Of a stretch of 64,000 bases of DNA, positions 62,947 through 64,000 are shown in pieces. Source of the stretch: an uncultured bacterium (lineage in GTDB: Bacteria > CAIJMQ01). The notes beneath the pieces are model-generated. The model searched no databases, was not told where the DNA came from, and worked only from the letters and a program-made list of their open reading frames with translations. Each line of letters starts with the position of its first letter. The first letter of the stretch is position 1. The DNA is taken from assembly GCA_903821905.1 (NCBI GenBank), contig CAIJMQ010000121.1, positions 695-64,694 of the forward strand, given 5' to 3'. The position numbers and the translations under genes were made by a program.

Positions 62947-63591
62947 CTATTTCGCTTCTCTCCAACTCTTATTTACATCCCAGTTGTTTATGTCGTCGTT
63001 ATGATCATGGTGAGCTGTAGGAAAAGTAGATTCATAATTTGCCGAATCCCCACCAGTTGAATTTGAAGTTTTATTATCTCTCCCCATGGAGTAAATGTAA
63101 TAACTAAGATTTCTAGCTGGTGCTACCCAACTACCATCGCCAGCTTTTGGGTAATCTGTGCCATCAACCTGATTACATGCAGGAGGGCTACCAGGACAGA
63201 TATCTCTAGGATGTTCATTTTTAAGATATACATAATCTTGTTTCCATGGGTCTTGCTCTATACCTTTTATGTATGGACCATGCCAATTCTTAGCTTCAGG
63301 AGCGTTTACATCTACTCCTGTACCTGTATCTACTCCTGTTAACCAATCTTTTAACTCATGAAGTGTTGTGGGCGGATATCTTCCTGTATCCGTTTCATAC
63401 ATAGCAAGAGCGCCTTCTATGGCAGCGATGTCTGCTTCTGCTTTGGTTATTTTTGCTTTTTCTATTCTACCTGCTAAATTGGGGACCATTATTCCGGCAA
63501 GCAGAACTATAATAGCGATTACGACCATCAATTCCATAAGGGTGAAACCACCGTTTCTCATTGAAGATTCTGGAATCTGGAATTTTTTCAT
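62947..63591 (-). CDS. GspG-type major pseudopilin with an internal Cys-pair insertion and a His/Asp-rich C-terminus (module B)
   Basis: 214 aa. MKKFQIPESSMRNGG/FTLMELMVVIAIIVLLAGIMVPNL. GspG-like WHGPYIKG..QDPWKQDYVY ... YYIYSMGRD ... DDINNWD. Insertion NEHPRDICPGSPPACNQVDGTDYPKAGDG. Confidence 0.75.
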   Translation of the reverse strand: MKKFQIPESSMRNGGFTLMELMVVIAIIVLLAGIMVPNLAGRIEKAKITKAEADIAAIEGALAMYETDTGRYPPTTLHELKDWLTGVDTGTGVDVNAPEAKNWHGPYIKGIEQDPWKQDYVYLKNEHPRDICPGSPPACNQVDGTDYPKAGDGSWVAPARNLSYYIYSMGRDNKTSNSTGGDSANYESTFPTAHHDHNDDINNWDVNKSWREAK

Positions 63592-63603
63592 ATTTTCTCC
63601 TCC

Positions 63604-64000
63604 TTATAAATTACCGAAAGTTATTGTCTTTGAAACTTTTACTGTCGTTCCATCGCTACCAGTAGCTGTGATAGTGTAAGAACCTGTTCCCGGAACAATA
63701 GAATAACTGCCTCCCCAAGGAGTTGTTGACACCTGATCACTGGAGATATAAGGACCTTGTCCGGTGGCAGTCCACAATTCACTCAAACTAGTTGGAAGTC
63801 TACCGTTATCAATCTGGAAAAGATTGACTGATTTGATAAGGACATCAATATCTGCAGTTGCCTTAGCTATTCTTCCCCTTTCTACGTTTTTGGCTACATT
63901 AGGTATCATTACTGCAGCAAGAATCATGATGATCGCAATTACAGCCATAAGTTCAATAAGGGTAAAGCCCATTTTCGTTATTGGTAATTTAACATCTTTC
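63604..64000 (-). CDS. Type IV pilin / GspG-like pseudopilin; true start probably beyond the right window edge (module B)
   Basis: The track ORF starts MG/FTLIELMAVIAIIMILAAV, which would leave only a 2-aa leader. The frame is open upstream to nt 63997 (...KDVKLPIRKMG/FTLIEL), which fits a normal prepilin leader whose Met lies outside the window. Confidence 0.75.
   Translation of the reverse strand, partial: KDVKLPITKMGFTLIELMAVIAIIMILAAVMIPNVAKNVERGRIAKATADIDVLIKSVNLFQIDNGRLPTSLSELWTATGQGPYISSDQVSTTPWGGSYSIVPGTGSYTITATGSDGTTVKVSKTITFGNL

Overview
This is an AT-rich (judged by eye) 64-kb window from a diderm bacterium, probably an uncultivated lineage. I cannot place it taxonomically from sequence alone. 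I saw no rRNA, tRNA, CRISPR array, transposase or phage genes.

(1) 1-2.5 kb holds the 5' part of a secreted multi-module beta-helix repeat protein. It is missing from the ORF track because it runs off the window edge.

(2) 2.6-19.7 kb is core genome: dnaE, truA, an MBL hydrolase, a Xer recombinase, an oppABCDF-like peptide ABC transporter, and ileS, a DksA/TraR-like zinc finger, lspA and lgt.

(3) 19.7-27.5 kb is a four-gene accessory operon of secreted proteins behind a near-consensus promoter. It encodes a C25/gingipain-type N-terminal domain as its own ORF, a 1226-aa C25-like protein whose catalytic His/Cys appear substituted, a lipoprotein, and an 835-aa HExxH protein. The two large proteins share a ~90% nucleotide-identical C-terminal CFIATACYG domain.

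(4) 27.8-64 kb is one uninterrupted ~36-kb minus-strand gene array containing two type IV-filament (T2SS/T4P-like) modules. Module A is a compact gspG-H-I-J-K-L-M set. Module B has two GspG-like pilins, H/I/J-like minor pilins and a 1301-aa GspK-like protein with a ~1000-aa insert. It continues with a 3569-aa multi-propeller mosaic protein, a PilM-PilN fusion, PilO-like and tandem PilP/GspC-like proteins, TPR proteins and a secretin split into two ORFs. The housekeeping genes prmC, prfA, rpmE, rho, coaE and a stand-alone 5'-3' exonuclease lie between the two modules. No secretion ATPase, platform protein or prepilin peptidase is in the window.

The best candidate for a new system is module B, a pseudopilus whose predicted tip subunit is greatly enlarged and is paired with a giant adhesin-like protein. 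All functional calls come from motif recognition by eye; no database search was run.
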